Source: an uncultured Chthonomonadaceae bacterium | GTDB taxonomy: Bacteria; Armatimonadota; Chthonomonadetes; Chthonomonadales; Chthonomonadaceae | DNA length: 64,000 nt | Direction: 5' to 3' | NCBI GenBank assembly: GCA_963835065.1 | Contig: CAWIEK010000049.1 | Span: forward strand, 32,001 to 96,000 | In this document: one piece after another, positions 39,903 through 51,949 of the stretch | Position numbering within the stretch: position 1 is the first letter of the stretch | How the letters are laid out: each line of letters starts with the position of its first letter | Made by a program: the position numbers and the translations under genes | Notes under the pieces: model-generated | Told to the model about the DNA's origin: nothing | The model's database searches: none | The model's input: only the letters and a program-made list of their open reading frames with translations

Positions 39903-40300
39903 GCCTCAACCTGCTTCCGCTCCGCAACGCGCTTCAATCCTTCCGCAATGATTTTTTCGGCCACTTCCTTGCCGGAACTATACTCCGTGTACTCGCCGCG
40001 CTCAATTTGCTCAAAGCCATGCTGTACCTCACGGCGCAATTCTTCCAGTTTTCGGCGGGTGACGCGCTCGCGTATGTCACGGCGTATCTCTTCCCAATCC
40101 GTTTCTGTCATAGGCGCGGCAGCGCTGTCGTTCATGCTTTCCAACAGCAATGCCTCCAATCGCGTTCTGGCTTTACGCTCCTGCGCTTCGCGTACCAGAG
40201 TGCGGAAGTATTCGCTGGTCGTGTTGTAACCGCCCGCGCTGACTTCCTCTTCCACAAAATTCTTCATCACATCGGGCAGGGAAATGTTGAGCGTCGCCAT
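39899..40300 (-). CDS. parD: ParD-family RHH antitoxin, extended
   Basis: LNISLPDVMKNFVEEEVSAGGYNTTSEYFR; 4-nt overlap with parE. Confidence 0.88.
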   Translation of the reverse strand: MATLNISLPDVMKNFVEEEVSAGGYNTTSEYFRTLVREAQERKARTRLEALLLESMNDSAAAPMTETDWEEIRRDIRERVTRRKLEELRREVQHGFEQIERGEYTEYSSGKEVAEKIIAEGLKRVAERKQVEA

Positions 40301-40460
40301 GAGATCTATTCCTCCTACCTATATTGTACCTTGTTTAACAAAAAATAGGGCATTTTTGACAATCCGCATGTCAACGGCAACGGAAAGCGTGTCCGGCTTG
40401 TCATGATGACAAGCCGGACACGCCGGATGAAAAGAAAATAAACCGACGTGATTCCGGCAA

Positions 40461-40669
40461 AAGGCTGCAACCTTTTTACCACATGAGGCGTCTAAGAACG
40501 TAAACATGCGTCTACTATACAGGAAAGGGACAGCCGCCTATGCTCTGCCTACTCCCGTTGCCGCCTTGACGTTGCTGAGGTCAAGACGCCTCTTTCCTAC
40601 AATTTGACACAACGAGACATCGGGCTGGAAGCGCTGCATTGCCAAGATTTCGACGATGACTCTACATAC
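40461..40669 (+). repeat. Dispersed intergenic element, copy 2
   Basis: Core 40585-40669 matches 23137-23221 (4 mismatches in 85 nt), same orientation. Confidence 0.85.
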
Positions 40670-40917
40670 TGCCCTTCTATTTGGTATAGGTTACGCCAGC
40701 ACGGGCAGGGGAATGAATGTGTGTTCCCTGTGCGCGGCTTCTTTGGGTTGCGGGGGAACCTCGTGGTAGAGGCTGTCGTGTTCAATGGGGATTGGATGTA
40801 GCGCAGGCGCAAAACGGGCCTCCATGCCCTTCTGTCTGGAAGCCCGAATGCTCTGCGTTCTACGCCAACGGGATAATCTATGTGGCGAATCTCTCCATCT
40901 TGAAGATGGCCTGATGC

Positions 40918-41716
<799 letters not shown>

Positions 41717-41768
41717 ATCGTCACACTCCCTTGCAGAAGAAAGAGCAGGAAATAGATTCCAATAGTGC

Positions 41769-42974
41769 TTAATCTATCTGAATGGATTTATTTTCTTGCA
41801 GGGCAACGACGCCGGGCAGGGGCTTGCCTTCCAGAAATTCCAGTGAGGCTCCGCCGCCCGTTGAGATGTGCGTCATTTTGTCGGCAAACCCTAGCTGCTG
41901 CGCGGCTGCCGCCGAGTCGCCGCCGCCGATGATGGTAATGGCTCCCGATTCCGCCAACGCCTGCGCGACTGCCCGCGTGCCTTCTGCGAACTTGCTGAAC
42001 TCGAAAATGCCCATCGGCCCGTTCCACACCACTGTTGCCGCGCCTTTTACGGCCGCCGCGAACTTGGCCCGCGTTTCCGGCCCGATGTCGGCGGCTTCCT
42101 GATCGGCGGGAATGGCGTCCACGCTCACGATTTGCGTTTGGCACTGCTCCTCGCCGCCATCAAAGGGGTTCTTGTCCGTGATGACCACATCAACGGGCAG
42201 CAGCAGCTTGTCGCCGGCTTTTGCCAGCACGGTTTTGCAGAATTCCAGATTGGTGCTGTCCAGCAGGGACGTTCCGATTTCTTTGCCCTGCGCTTTGAGG
42301 AACGTATACGCCATGCCGCCGCCAATAATCAGCGTGTCTACTTTGTCCAGCAGCGATTCGATCACGGCGATTTTATCTTTGACTTTTTTGCCGCCCAGAA
42401 TAGCGACAAACGGGCGTTTCGGGTTTTCCAGCGCGCCGCCCAAGTAGTCCAGTTCCTTCTCCATCAGCAGCCCGGCCACGCCCGGCAGATAGTGGGCGAC
42501 GCCTTCGGTTGACGCATGGGCGCGGTGGGCCGTGCCGAAAGCGTCATTGACGTACAAATCAGCCAAAAACGCCAGATCCTGCGCAAAACCCTTGTCGTTC
42601 TTTTCTTCTTCAGGATAAAAGCGGACGTTTTCCAGCAGCACCACGTCGCCGTTTTGCAGGCTGTTGATCGCTGTCGCAGTTTCGTCGCCAACCGTCTTGT
42701 CCAGCAGTTCGACAGGCTTGCCAAGCAGTTCTTCCAGCCGCGTGGAAACGGGTTCGAGCGTAAACTGCGGCGTGACGCCTTTCGGACGGCCCAAATGCGA
42801 GACGAGAATCACCCGCGCGCCATGTTCCGACAGGTACTTGATGGTCGGCAGCGCGGCGGTAATGCGGGTATCATCGGTGATGTTGCCGTGTTCGTCCTGC
42901 GGCACGTTGAAATCCACGCGCGTCAACACGCGCTTCCCCGCCACATCCACGTCGCGGATAGTCTTCTTATTCAT
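41769..42974 (-). CDS. pgk: Phosphoglycerate kinase
   Basis: [44 protein letters not shown]. Confidence 0.97.
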   Translation of the reverse strand: MNKKTIRDVDVAGKRVLTRVDFNVPQDEHGNITDDTRITAALPTIKYLSEHGARVILVSHLGRPKGVTPQFTLEPVSTRLEELLGKPVELLDKTVGDETATAINSLQNGDVVLLENVRFYPEEEKNDKGFAQDLAFLADLYVNDAFGTAHRAHASTEGVAHYLPGVAGLLMEKELDYLGGALENPKRPFVAILGGKKVKDKIAVIESLLDKVDTLIIGGGMAYTFLKAQGKEIGTSLLDSTNLEFCKTVLAKAGDKLLLPVDVVITDKNPFDGGEEQCQTQIVSVDAIPADQEAADIGPETRAKFAAAVKGAATVVWNGPMGIFEFSKFAEGTRAVAQALAESGAITIIGGGDSAAAAQQLGFADKMTHISTGGGASLEFLEGKPLPGVVALQENKSIQID

Positions 42975-42990
42975 AACAAACTCCAGACTA

Positions 42991-43126
42991 ACCACCCGCT
43001 GCGCTAGAGACACAGAGACACAGAGGAAAAGCCACTACGAGGAGAAGAGACATCTCTTCTCCTTATCTTCTTTTCTTCCTCTATGTTCCTTCTCTGTGTC
43101 TCTGTGCCTCTAGCGCAGCGGGTGGT
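42991..43126. repeat. CACAGAG-family palindromic element between gap and pgk
   Basis: 35-bp inverted arms with one mismatch around a purine/pyrimidine spacer. Confidence 0.85.
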
Positions 43127-43137
43127 GAACTTCGTAT

Positions 43138-44154
43138 TTACAAACCTTTGCCGGCGAGGAAGTTGACCAGATCGGCTACACGGCAGGAATAGCCCCACTC
43201 GTTGTCGTACCACGCCACCACTTTGACCAGATTGCCGCCAACCGCAACTGTGTCTACGGCGGAATAAATGGACGAGTGCGTATCGCCCTTCAGGTCGGTG
43301 GACACGAGCGGCAATTCCGTGTAGCGCAGGATACCTTTCATCGGGCCGTCGGCGTATTCTTTGGCAGTGGCGTTGATTTCAGCAATGGTGGCGTCCCGGC
43401 TCAGGACGGCGGTAAAGTCCACGACGGAAACCGTTGGGGTCGGGACGCGGAAGGCCATGCCGTTGAACTTGCCCTGCAGTTCGGGGATGACAAGTCCCAC
43501 GGCGCGGGCGGCTCCGGTTGCAGACGGAACGATGTTTTGGGCGGCGGCGCGGGCGTCGCGCAGGTCGTCTTTGGCTGCCGTGTCCTGCAACTTCTGGGAG
43601 TTGGTATAAGCGTGAACCGTTGTCAGCAGCCCTTTTTCGATCCCGAAGCGGTCATTGAGCAGCTTGGCGACGGGCGCGAGGCCGTTCGTGGTACAGCTCG
43701 CGTTGCTGACGACATGATGCTTGGCGGGATCGTACATATTTTCATTGACGCCGAGTACGATTGTCAGGTCTTCTTTTTTGGCGGGCGCAGAAATTACCAC
43801 TTTTTTCACGCCATGTTCGCGGTGCGCGACGGCTTTGGTGGCGTCGGTGAAAAAGCCGGTAGACTCGATTACGATGTCGGCTCCCACGCTGTCCCACGCA
43901 ATGTCGCCCGGATTGCGCTCGGCAAACACTTTGATGGTTTTGCCGTTGACGATAAAGTTGTTTTCCTCAACGGACACGTCGCCTTTGAACGGGCCATACG
44001 TGGAATCGAATTGAAACAGGTGCGCGTTGGTCTTGCTGTCGGTGAGATCGTTGACGGCAACGACTTCAATGTCGTTGGGGTAGCGCTCCAGAATAGTGCG
44101 CAGGGTCAGGCGTCCGATGCGCCCGAAGCCATTGATGCCTACTTTGACTGCCAT
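43138..44154 (-). CDS. gap: Glyceraldehyde-3-phosphate dehydrogenase, type I
   Basis: GINGFGRIGR, SNASCTTN, WYDNEWGY. Confidence 0.97.
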   Translation of the reverse strand: MAVKVGINGFGRIGRLTLRTILERYPNDIEVVAVNDLTDSKTNAHLFQFDSTYGPFKGDVSVEENNFIVNGKTIKVFAERNPGDIAWDSVGADIVIESTGFFTDATKAVAHREHGVKKVVISAPAKKEDLTIVLGVNENMYDPAKHHVVSNASCTTNGLAPVAKLLNDRFGIEKGLLTTVHAYTNSQKLQDTAAKDDLRDARAAAQNIVPSATGAARAVGLVIPELQGKFNGMAFRVPTPTVSVVDFTAVLSRDATIAEINATAKEYADGPMKGILRYTELPLVSTDLKGDTHSSIYSAVDTVAVGGNLVKVVAWYDNEWGYSCRVADLVNFLAGKGL

Positions 44155-44373
44155 AGTGAAGGGATTCTCCTTGTGTTTTCATCCTCATCCGGCGTCATTG
44201 CCTTCGAGGGCAAAGGGATTTGCCGGATCGTCGGTGAAAATGTGCAGGGCGGTGTGGTTGCGAAAAAGACACTTCCCGCCTCTTTGTATGTGTATTGTCC
44301 GTGTTTATTCTAGCATTTTCGGCAATTCAGCGTCAACTAAGCGTCCACAACGATTTGGAAGGAGAAGAGAATC

Positions 44374-45211
44374 ATGCGACTTGGCGGCCCAATTTTTGGG
44401 GATACGTCCACGCCGGAAAAGTGGATTGCGCTTGTGCGTGAAAAGGGCTATCGAGCGGCTTACTGCCCGGTGAAAGCGGATGCAAGCGCAGAGGTGATTG
44501 CCGCGTATGCGCAGGCGGCGCGGGAAGCGGATATTGTGATTGCCGAAGTGGGCGCGTGGAGCAATCCCATCAGCCCGGATGAAGACACGCGCCAGAAAGC
44601 CATCGCGCACTGTCAGGCGCAGCTGCGTTTGGCGGATCAAATCGGGGCGCTTGTGCTGCGTCAACATCGCCGGTTCACGCAATCTGGAACAATGGGACGG
44701 CCCGCACCCCGACAATCTCACGGCAGAAACCTTTGACCTGATTGTGGAAACAACGCGGACGATTATTGACGCTGCGCAGCCGACACGCGCGTTTTACACG
44801 CTGGAAACCATGCCCTGGGTCTTTCCCGACAGCCCCGACAGCTATCTGCGGCTGATTGAGGCGATTGACCGCCCACAATTTGCCGCGCATCTCGACCCGG
44901 CCAATCTCGTCACCAGCCCCGACAAATTTCTGAACAGCGCGGCGTTTCTAAAAGAGTGCTTTCGCAAATTGGGGCCGTACATCAAATGCTGCCACATCAA
45001 GGATTTAACGCTGTCGGGCAAAATGACGGTGCATATTGATGAAGTTGCGCCCGGCAAAGGCAGTCTGGACTACCACACCCTGCTGCGCGAAGCCGCGCGT
45101 CTGGACGCGGATACCCCCCTTCTGCTGGAACACCTGTCCCGCGCCGACCAGTACGACGAAGCCGCCGCTTATGTGCGCAGCGTAGCGCAGGAACTCGGCT
45201 TGACATTATGA
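44374..45211 (+). CDS. Sugar phosphate isomerase/epimerase (TIM barrel), frameshifted near 44652
   Basis: IAEVGAWSNP, LETMPW, HLDPAN, HIKD, PGKG.LDY, LLEH. Confidence 0.82.
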
Positions 45212-45255
45212 TGCTGTTGTAGAGGGTGTTGTCAATGATGGCGCTTTGTGGACGG

Positions 45256-45874
45256 CTACAGGTTCCAAGCCCGCGCCAAATCCATCCACGACGGAACCGG
45301 GCGCTGCCACAGCCAGTTTACGTTCAGCCATAATCCCGGCAAAACCCGGCTGTGGAAAACGCCATCCGCGCCGACAGGAATCTCTTCATACAGGCCATTT
45401 GCTCCCAAACTGTAGAAACGCGCCTGCTGAACTTCATAATCCACCACCCAGTATTCCGGTACGCCGCCCTGAGCATACTCTTGAAATTTTTCTACCGTGT
45501 CGCGGTAGCGATAGTCAGGGCTGACAACCTCAACGGCAATGTCGCACGGCCCCCGCAAATGGTTGCGCATAAGGCGTTCCCGATTTGCGTTGGCTATAAA
45601 CATCACGTCCGGCGAACGTCCGGGCAGGTTTGGTCCTGATCTTCATGTTGAATGGATCGGCGCGAATGATGCCTGCTTGATGCGCTTGAACCCACATCTG
45701 GAGTAACATCAGAATAAACAAGTTGATTTCACTATGTTCGTCCGAAACCATGCTGATGTCTATGACCTTTCCGTCTACCCACTCGGTACAGTGGTTTTCG
45801 CCTTCATCCTGCAGGTACTCCTCGTAGGTAATGTACCGGGATGGGGAAGATTGTAATCGCGTGTCAATCGCCAT
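45256..45874 (-). CDS. Uma2-family endonuclease (frameshifted near 45635)
   Basis: TYEEYL...EWVDGKV in 45530-45874; DIAVEVVSP, EKFQEYAQGGVPEYWVVD, SRVLPGL in 45256-45606. Confidence 0.85.
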
Positions 45875-46051
45875 GTTGTATTGCCTCCTGATGCCGTTAC
45901 TGCAAACAATTGGTATGTTCCGGCAATGGTCATTTCCACGACGTGGCAGGTTAATCCTGTTTACCGAAGACTTGGTTGGCTGTCTGCGCTTGCGATAACG
46001 GTAACGTCACTCCAGGAATACTGTTTTGGCGGCATGGGCATTGCTCCATAG

Positions 46052-46798
46052 TTATCTTTGTTTGTATAACTCTGCGACCAGTTCAATCAACGTGGGCAGT
46101 TGCGCCATATCGGTAATTTTGCCGACGATGCCGGGTGCGGTTTCCACTTGTTTATACGAGAGTAAATCCACTTGGATGGCTTTTGCGCCGAGGGATTGCG
46201 CCCATTCAATCGCTTTCGGGTCGTTGTCAATGATGAGCGCATGATCGGGAGGCAGGTTCAAATCGGCAAAGATGCGGCTGTAAAATTCTTGGCTCTCTTT
46301 GGCGCAATCAATGAGGTCGGGGCCGTAAAAGCGGTCAAAGCAGGTGTCCAGCCCGATGCCGGCAAGCGCGCTGCGCAAATGACCGGAATCATTGCCCGAA
46401 GCCGTATGCAGAGTATAGCCGCGCTGTTTCAAGGTTTGAACTGCTTGTGCCGCGCCGGGAAAGGTCGCGTTGCAGGCTGCCAATGCCTGACGCTGCGTGT
46501 CGCGCGACAATCCTTCGGCATTGGCGGGAACCGGTAAGCCCATGCCGCCGAATACCAACTCCATTGCCTGTCGGTGAATTGTCGCATACCAATCATTATA
46601 GCCGGTCGGGTCGCTGCGAAAGCGGGCAATGTACTGCGCTTCCAGTGCTTCCAGCATGTCAATGCCGCATTTCGCCCACTCCTCCACAGTGCCGCCATAA
46701 ACGGCAGCCAGAACGCTGCCGATGCCACGCACATACTGGAGGTTGAACGGTATCTGTTCGCTCAAGGTATCGTCGAAATCGAAAAACAGCGTGTATAT
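46052..46798 (-). CDS. HAD-family hydrolase
   Basis: In-frame YTLFFDFDDTL (motif I) upstream of the tracked start, TASGN, IIDND; apparent ATA start at 46798. Confidence 0.82.
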   Translation of the reverse strand: MYTLFFDFDDTLSEQIPFNLQYVRGIGSVLAAVYGGTVEEWAKCGIDMLEALEAQYIARFRSDPTGYNDWYATIHRQAMELVFGGMGLPVPANAEGLSRDTQRQALAACNATFPGAAQAVQTLKQRGYTLHTASGNDSGHLRSALAGIGLDTCFDRFYGPDLIDCAKESQEFYSRIFADLNLPPDHALIIDNDPKAIEWAQSLGAKAIQVDLLSYKQVETAPGIVGKITDMAQLPTLIELVAELYKQR

Positions 46799-46934
46799 GG
46801 TGGCCTGCCTTTCAGTAGTAGGTTTTAGGGTTTTAAGGTTTTAGGGTTCTATGGTTTTAGGTTTTGCGTGGTGGGCTGTTACCTGCTCTTGTGGCTGCGC
46901 GAGTTTCGTGGATTCTGTTGTTTGAAGCGCGGCG

Positions 46935-47981
46935 TTACTGGGCGGGGATGATGTACAGGTTGTTTTGATAGAGGAAACTCAAATTGTTGCCGTTGGTCGT
47001 CCAGCGCAGATGGGAAGGGGGCGGGTTCGTTGTGTCACCCATATTTCCTTTTAGCGGGATGCTGCCCAGTTCATGCAGGCTGCTGCCATCCGGCTTGCTG
47101 ATCCAGATGGCAGCCGTATAGGATAGCCTGATGTGCAGCATGGCATAGAGGCTCTGAAGTTTGTTATAGCCCAATGGTATGTGAACGATACCATAAAGCC
47201 AGGCAATTCGATCCCCATGCGGCGACAAAACGGCTTCGCGGTCCAGCGCGTTCGGAGGCCTCGAAATTGTATAATGGCGCGCAGCGGAATCCCGTTCCAG
47301 TGAAAAATCCAACATACGAACCTTGTCGCTGATGAACAACTCTCCATTGTCATAAAACATGGGGAAGTCGTCGGTGGCAAGAACATGATGATCGGGCAAT
47401 GCGCCGAGCAGGGAAAGAAACGGGGAGTCCTCCTCAACGGTGTTGGAGGCGATGGGAACGGCGGCGTCAAGAGAGTACGCGCGCAGCAGTCCGGGGTGCA
47501 TTTTGCCGTTTTCCGGGAAGGGCGCAAGTAATTCAACAAGGCCGGAGTCATCCGGCATCCAGGCGAGATTGGGCAGCCCTTGTCCCGGACTGCGATACAG
47601 CAGCTTGCGGGAACCATCCGTCCGCTCAACGGTAAAAACCGATCCCACGCGGGAATCTTTGTAGGTGAGCGCCCACTGTCCATTGGGAGACAGCAGCACT
47701 CCCCCTGACGGCAGATCGCCCTGTACCACATCCGCGCCGGTGAGGATATTGCGGCGCATCACCTGATTCGCGCCCGCCTTTTGCATCGGCATGAGATACA
47801 AAAACTCATTGTCATTAAGCCAGAAGTAACAATTATTCGCGGCGGAAAAACTCTGCGGCATGGAAATTTTGCGCGCATGATCCAGCAGCGAAGGCTCGTG
47901 CCGCAGCATCCGCCACAAGCCGCCAATAGCGACAACGCTCAGGAGCAGCACGACAAGCAAACGCCTTTTATCTGAAAACAT
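46935..47981 (-). CDS. Hypothetical membrane-anchored TolB-like beta-propeller protein
   Basis: N-terminal TM; LSPNG, WMPD, LSPHGDRIAW, WTTNG repeats. Confidence 0.65.
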   Translation of the reverse strand: MFSDKRRLLVVLLLSVVAIGGLWRMLRHEPSLLDHARKISMPQSFSAANNCYFWLNDNEFLYLMPMQKAGANQVMRRNILTGADVVQGDLPSGGVLLSPNGQWALTYKDSRVGSVFTVERTDGSRKLLYRSPGQGLPNLAWMPDDSGLVELLAPFPENGKMHPGLLRAYSLDAAVPIASNTVEEDSPFLSLLGALPDHHVLATDDFPMFYDNGELFISDKVRMLDFSLERDSAARHYTISRPPNALDREAVLSPHGDRIAWLYGIVHIPLGYNKLQSLYAMLHIRLSYTAAIWISKPDGSSLHELGSIPLKGNMGDTTNPPPSHLRWTTNGNNLSFLYQNNLYIIPAQ

Positions 47982-48190
47982 GGCACTGCTCCTGTTTCTC
48001 TCATGACCGAACATCGTACAAGCCGGTCAAAGGTTCCGCGCGCCAGAGTACCGCCTCGTAATTTTCAGGCGCGTAACCCAGTATTGCAGTTGCAACTTGC
48101 TTGGCCTGTATTTCGTAGGGACGTTCTGTAATTGAAAAACGATTTGCGCATTTGACCGAATGCGCGTTGCTTCCAGAGTATCCCGCGCTA

Positions 48191-48484
48191 TCATGCTTGT
48201 GGCCCATTGTTGCGCGTAGGCGGCATAGGAACGCCAATCACAAGTGTAATCTGTGTGGGATCAATTGGTTGCGTATGCGTCAGTTGAATGGGGCCATTCT
48301 CCTCTTCATATTGACGTAACAACTCCCGGTCACGCGCTTCTTCTTCGGGCGTAAATTGTGGTTTCGCATTTGCAGGGAGAAAATCTGTCTCCTCATCAGG
48401 GAAAGGCAAGGTTGTTGTTGGGAACAAGGTAGGTTTTAACTTCGATTGTGTCATGGCCTCTCTCCACTTTTCATCTGTTGTCAT
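48191..48484 (-). CDS. Hypothetical low-GC protein
   Basis: 97-aa ORF with no recognisable motif. Confidence 0.4.
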   Translation of the reverse strand: MTTDEKWREAMTQSKLKPTLFPTTTLPFPDEETDFLPANAKPQFTPEEEARDRELLRQYEEENGPIQLTHTQPIDPTQITLVIGVPMPPTRNNGPQA

Positions 48485-48634
48485 TATAACACTGGTTAGG
48501 CTATGTACGCAATCAGAGCGGATTGACTCTATGTGGTTACTTTGAAAATTTCTGTTACAAATGGCTGGATTCCGGTTCGTAAATAGTAGCCTTGAACTTC
48601 CATTTTGCCTTCTTGCTGGAATCTAAATATTTTG

Positions 48635-51227
48635 ATGAAACCTTCTACGCCGCTTGCTTCCCTGCTGTGCGCCGCGCTTGCTGTGGGCGCGCTGTCCTTG
48701 CTGCCATCCCGCATGGCCGCGCAATCCCGCCGCGAACATACGCCTGCCCGCGCTGCAGTCACGCCTGCCGCGCCTGCGTCTTCTGTTGGCGGGGCAACGC
48801 TGCGCATACTGCCTGCTTCCCTTGCCTTGCGCAATCCCTACGATGAGCGCCGCGCGTTGGTGGAAGCGCAAAGTCCGGCCCACGCTGCGCAGGATGTCAG
48901 CGGCAAGGCCGAACTGCGCCTGCTCGACCCGCGTATTGCTACCGTAGACGCCAACGGCATTGTGCGTCCCGCGCAAAACGGGCAAACGGTTCTCATCGCC
49001 CGCTGGGGGAATAAGGAAGCGCGGGTTCCGGTTGTCGTGTCGGGCATGAAGAACGCCGCTACGCCCCGCTTTGTTTCCGATGTGATGCCCGTGCTGACCC
49101 ATGCCGGCTGTAATCAGGGCGCGTGTCACGGCGCGGCATCCGGTAAAGGCGGCTTCAAAGTTGTCGCTTCTCGGTTATGACCCGGATGCGGATTACCTGG
49201 CGATTTCGCGCGCCAACTGGGGCCGGCGCGTGTCCGTCGCGCAGCCGGAACAAAGCCTGCTCCTGCGCAAGCCCACATTAGCCGTCGCGCACCGGGGCGG
49301 CAAGCGATTGGATGCGGGCGACGCGGATTACCGCCTGCTGCGCGATTGGATTAAAGCCGGCATGTCGGCTCCCAACCCCAAAGAGCCTGCCGTTGCCAAA
49401 TTGGAAATGACGCCTTCCGAGCGCACTTTAGGTATTGGAAGTGAACAACGCTTTGCCGTTGCGGCCACGTATGCCGACGGCAGCAAGCGCGACGTGACCG
49501 CCCAAACCCTCTTTACCGCCAGCGACGAAACGGTTGCCACCGTGACACCCGGCGGCGAAGCCAAAGTGACCGGCAACGGCGAAGGCGCCATTATCGTGCG
49601 CTATCAGGGACTCGTCGGCACGGCGAGGGTTATTTCGCCTTACGGACAGGCAGCAGGAAACAAAAAAGAAGAAGAGAAGAAGAGAAGAAAAGAAGAGGGG
49701 ACAGCAAAGACACAATCAGCAATCGGCAATGGAAAATCGGTGATCGAAAATCGGCAATCGAAAATCGACAATCTCGTGAACGTCAAACTAACGGCGCTTG
49801 GGCTGGAACCGTCGGCGCGGTGTTCGGATTCGGACTTTGTACGGCGGGCGTATCTGGATGTGACGGGGCGGATACCGAGTGGGGAAGAAGCGCGAGCGTT
49901 TTTGACGGATGAGGCAAAGGACAAGCGCGACAAACTGATTGACGCGCTGCTGGCATCGCCGGAATACGTGGATTTCTGGACGCTGAAATGGGGCGATATT
50001 CTGCGCTGCTCGCGGCAAAAACTGGCGACCAAAGGCATGTACGCCTATCACGACTGGATACGGCAAAGCGTGGCCGACAACAAGCCCTGGGATAAGTTTG
50101 CGCGCGAGTTAGTGCTGGCGCAGGGCAGCGCGTTCCAGAACGGAGCCGCCAATTACTACCGCACGGCAGCCGGGCCGCAGGAACTGGCGGAAACCACGTC
50201 TGAGATTTTTCTTGGTGTTCGCATTGCCTGCGCGCGGTGCCACAACCACCCGTATGAGAAGTGGACGCAAAACCAGTATTACCAGATGTCGGCGTTTTTT
50301 GCGCGCGTCGGCTCCAAACCCGGCGAGCGTCCGGGCGAGTCCGTGATTGTCGCCGTGTCTGCCGGGGACGTGCGTCATCCGAAAACGCAGAAAGTAGTCG
50401 CGCCCTGCGCTCTGGACGCCAAAGCCGTTCCCGACGCGGAAGGGCTGGACCGCCGACAGGTTCTGGCGGATTGGCTCACGTCGCCGCAAAACCCGTTTTT
50501 TGCCCACGCGGTTGTCAACCGGATTTGGAAGCACTATATGGGCGTGGGCTTTGTGGAACCCGTTGACGATCTCCGCGCCACAAACCCGCCCTCCAATGCC
50601 GCTCTTTACGACTGGCTGGCAACGGATTTGGCGCAAAACCATTTCGATTTGAAACGCCTGATGCGCAACATCCTGCGCTCGGAAGCCTACCAGCGCTCAC
50701 CGGAACCCACGCGCAACAACATCCGCGATACCCGCTATTATTCGCATTTCGGCTTCAAGCGGTTGAGCGCGGAACAGATGCTCGACGCGATTGCAAGCGC
50801 GACGGGGGTAGGGGATAAGTTCGACGGCTACCCGATGGGAACCCGCGCCTGCGAACTGCCGGATACGGGTGTCGCCTCCTACTTCCTCGACCTGTTCGGA
50901 CGGCCCGCCCGCAGCATCACCTGCGAATGTGAGCGTTCCGACATGCCGACATTGGGACAGATGCTGCACCTGATGAACGATGTCGGCCTGAACGCGCGGC
51001 TGGCGTCGAAAACCGGGCGCGTGACCATGCTGATTGACTCCAAAACCTCGGACGCGAAAATGGTGGAGGACTTGTATCTCAGCGCCCTGTCCCGCTTCCC
51101 CACTACGGAAGAAAAGACAAAGGCAATTAAGGTTTTGTCCACATCGCTGCCCGCGAACCGACAGAAAACGACGGAAGACCTGCTCTGGGCGCTGCTCAAC
51201 TCCAAAGAGTTCGTGTTCAACCATTAA
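48635..51227 (+). CDS. DUF1549/DUF1553 (PSD1-type) protein with Ig-like domains (frameshifted near 49160)
   Basis: Signal peptide, GCNQGACHG..SGKGGFK|LSLLGYDP, FVRRAYLD, CARCHNHP, VNRIWKHYMG.G.VEPVDD, CECER, LLNSKEFVFNH. Confidence 0.88.
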
Positions 51228-51370
51228 GCCACTCGCCTGAGTTGGCTTGATGCAAGCACATCTGCTTCGTTTGCAAGGACTTGAGGAGAGGTCTATCAAA
51301 GCGGCTGTGTGCCAAACGCAAAAAGGCCATGTACGGGCAGGCTGCACGTACATGGCTTCAGCAAAATCCT

Positions 51371-51817
51371 TTAATTCTCCGGTTCCAGCGCGAACAGGGG
51401 CTGACCGTACTCGACAAATTGCCCCGCTTCCACGAACACTTCCACCACTTTCCCCGCGCAGGTCGCCGTCACATCATTGGGCAATTTCATCGCCTCAATA
51501 ATGCCGATTACCTGTCCTGCTTTCACCAATGCGCCCAATTCCACAGGCAGTTTCGCCGTCCGAAATGTGCCGACAAGCGGCGATGTTACCGATACCGTGC
51601 CATCCGTTTCCGGCAATTCCCCGCCCGCGCCATTTCCATTCGCGCTGGCATCCCCCGCTTCCACCTCGTCGCCACCCGGCGTTGTATTCTCGGCAGGTTC
51701 AGAACCATTCGGCGCTTTGCGGATAGTCACGCGCGCCCCGTTGTGCCGGAGCGTCAGTTCGTGGATATTCGCGCCCTGCACCAGCAGGACAAGTTGTTCA
51801 AGTTCGGAGACGTTCAT
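51371..51817 (-). CDS. accB: Acetyl-CoA carboxylase biotin carboxyl carrier protein
   Basis: SPLVGTF, IEAMK biotinylation motif, VEYGQPLF. Confidence 0.92.
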   Translation of the reverse strand: MNVSELEQLVLLVQGANIHELTLRHNGARVTIRKAPNGSEPAENTTPGGDEVEAGDASANGNGAGGELPETDGTVSVTSPLVGTFRTAKLPVELGALVKAGQVIGIIEAMKLPNDVTATCAGKVVEVFVEAGQFVEYGQPLFALEPEN

Positions 51818-51949
51818 AGTCAGAAGTAGACGGTAGACGGTAGACGGTAGACGGTAGAAACATCTTTTGCGCACATCACTGCTTTATTAGCGCCAATTCA
51901 ACGTTTCCATCTCCTACTGTCTACCGTCTACCGTCTACCGTCTACCTCC

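Noticed and set aside
48001..48237. Small ORF as part of a toxin-antitoxin pair with 48191-48484
   Set aside because: No recognisable motifs in either ORF; coding status is uncertain.
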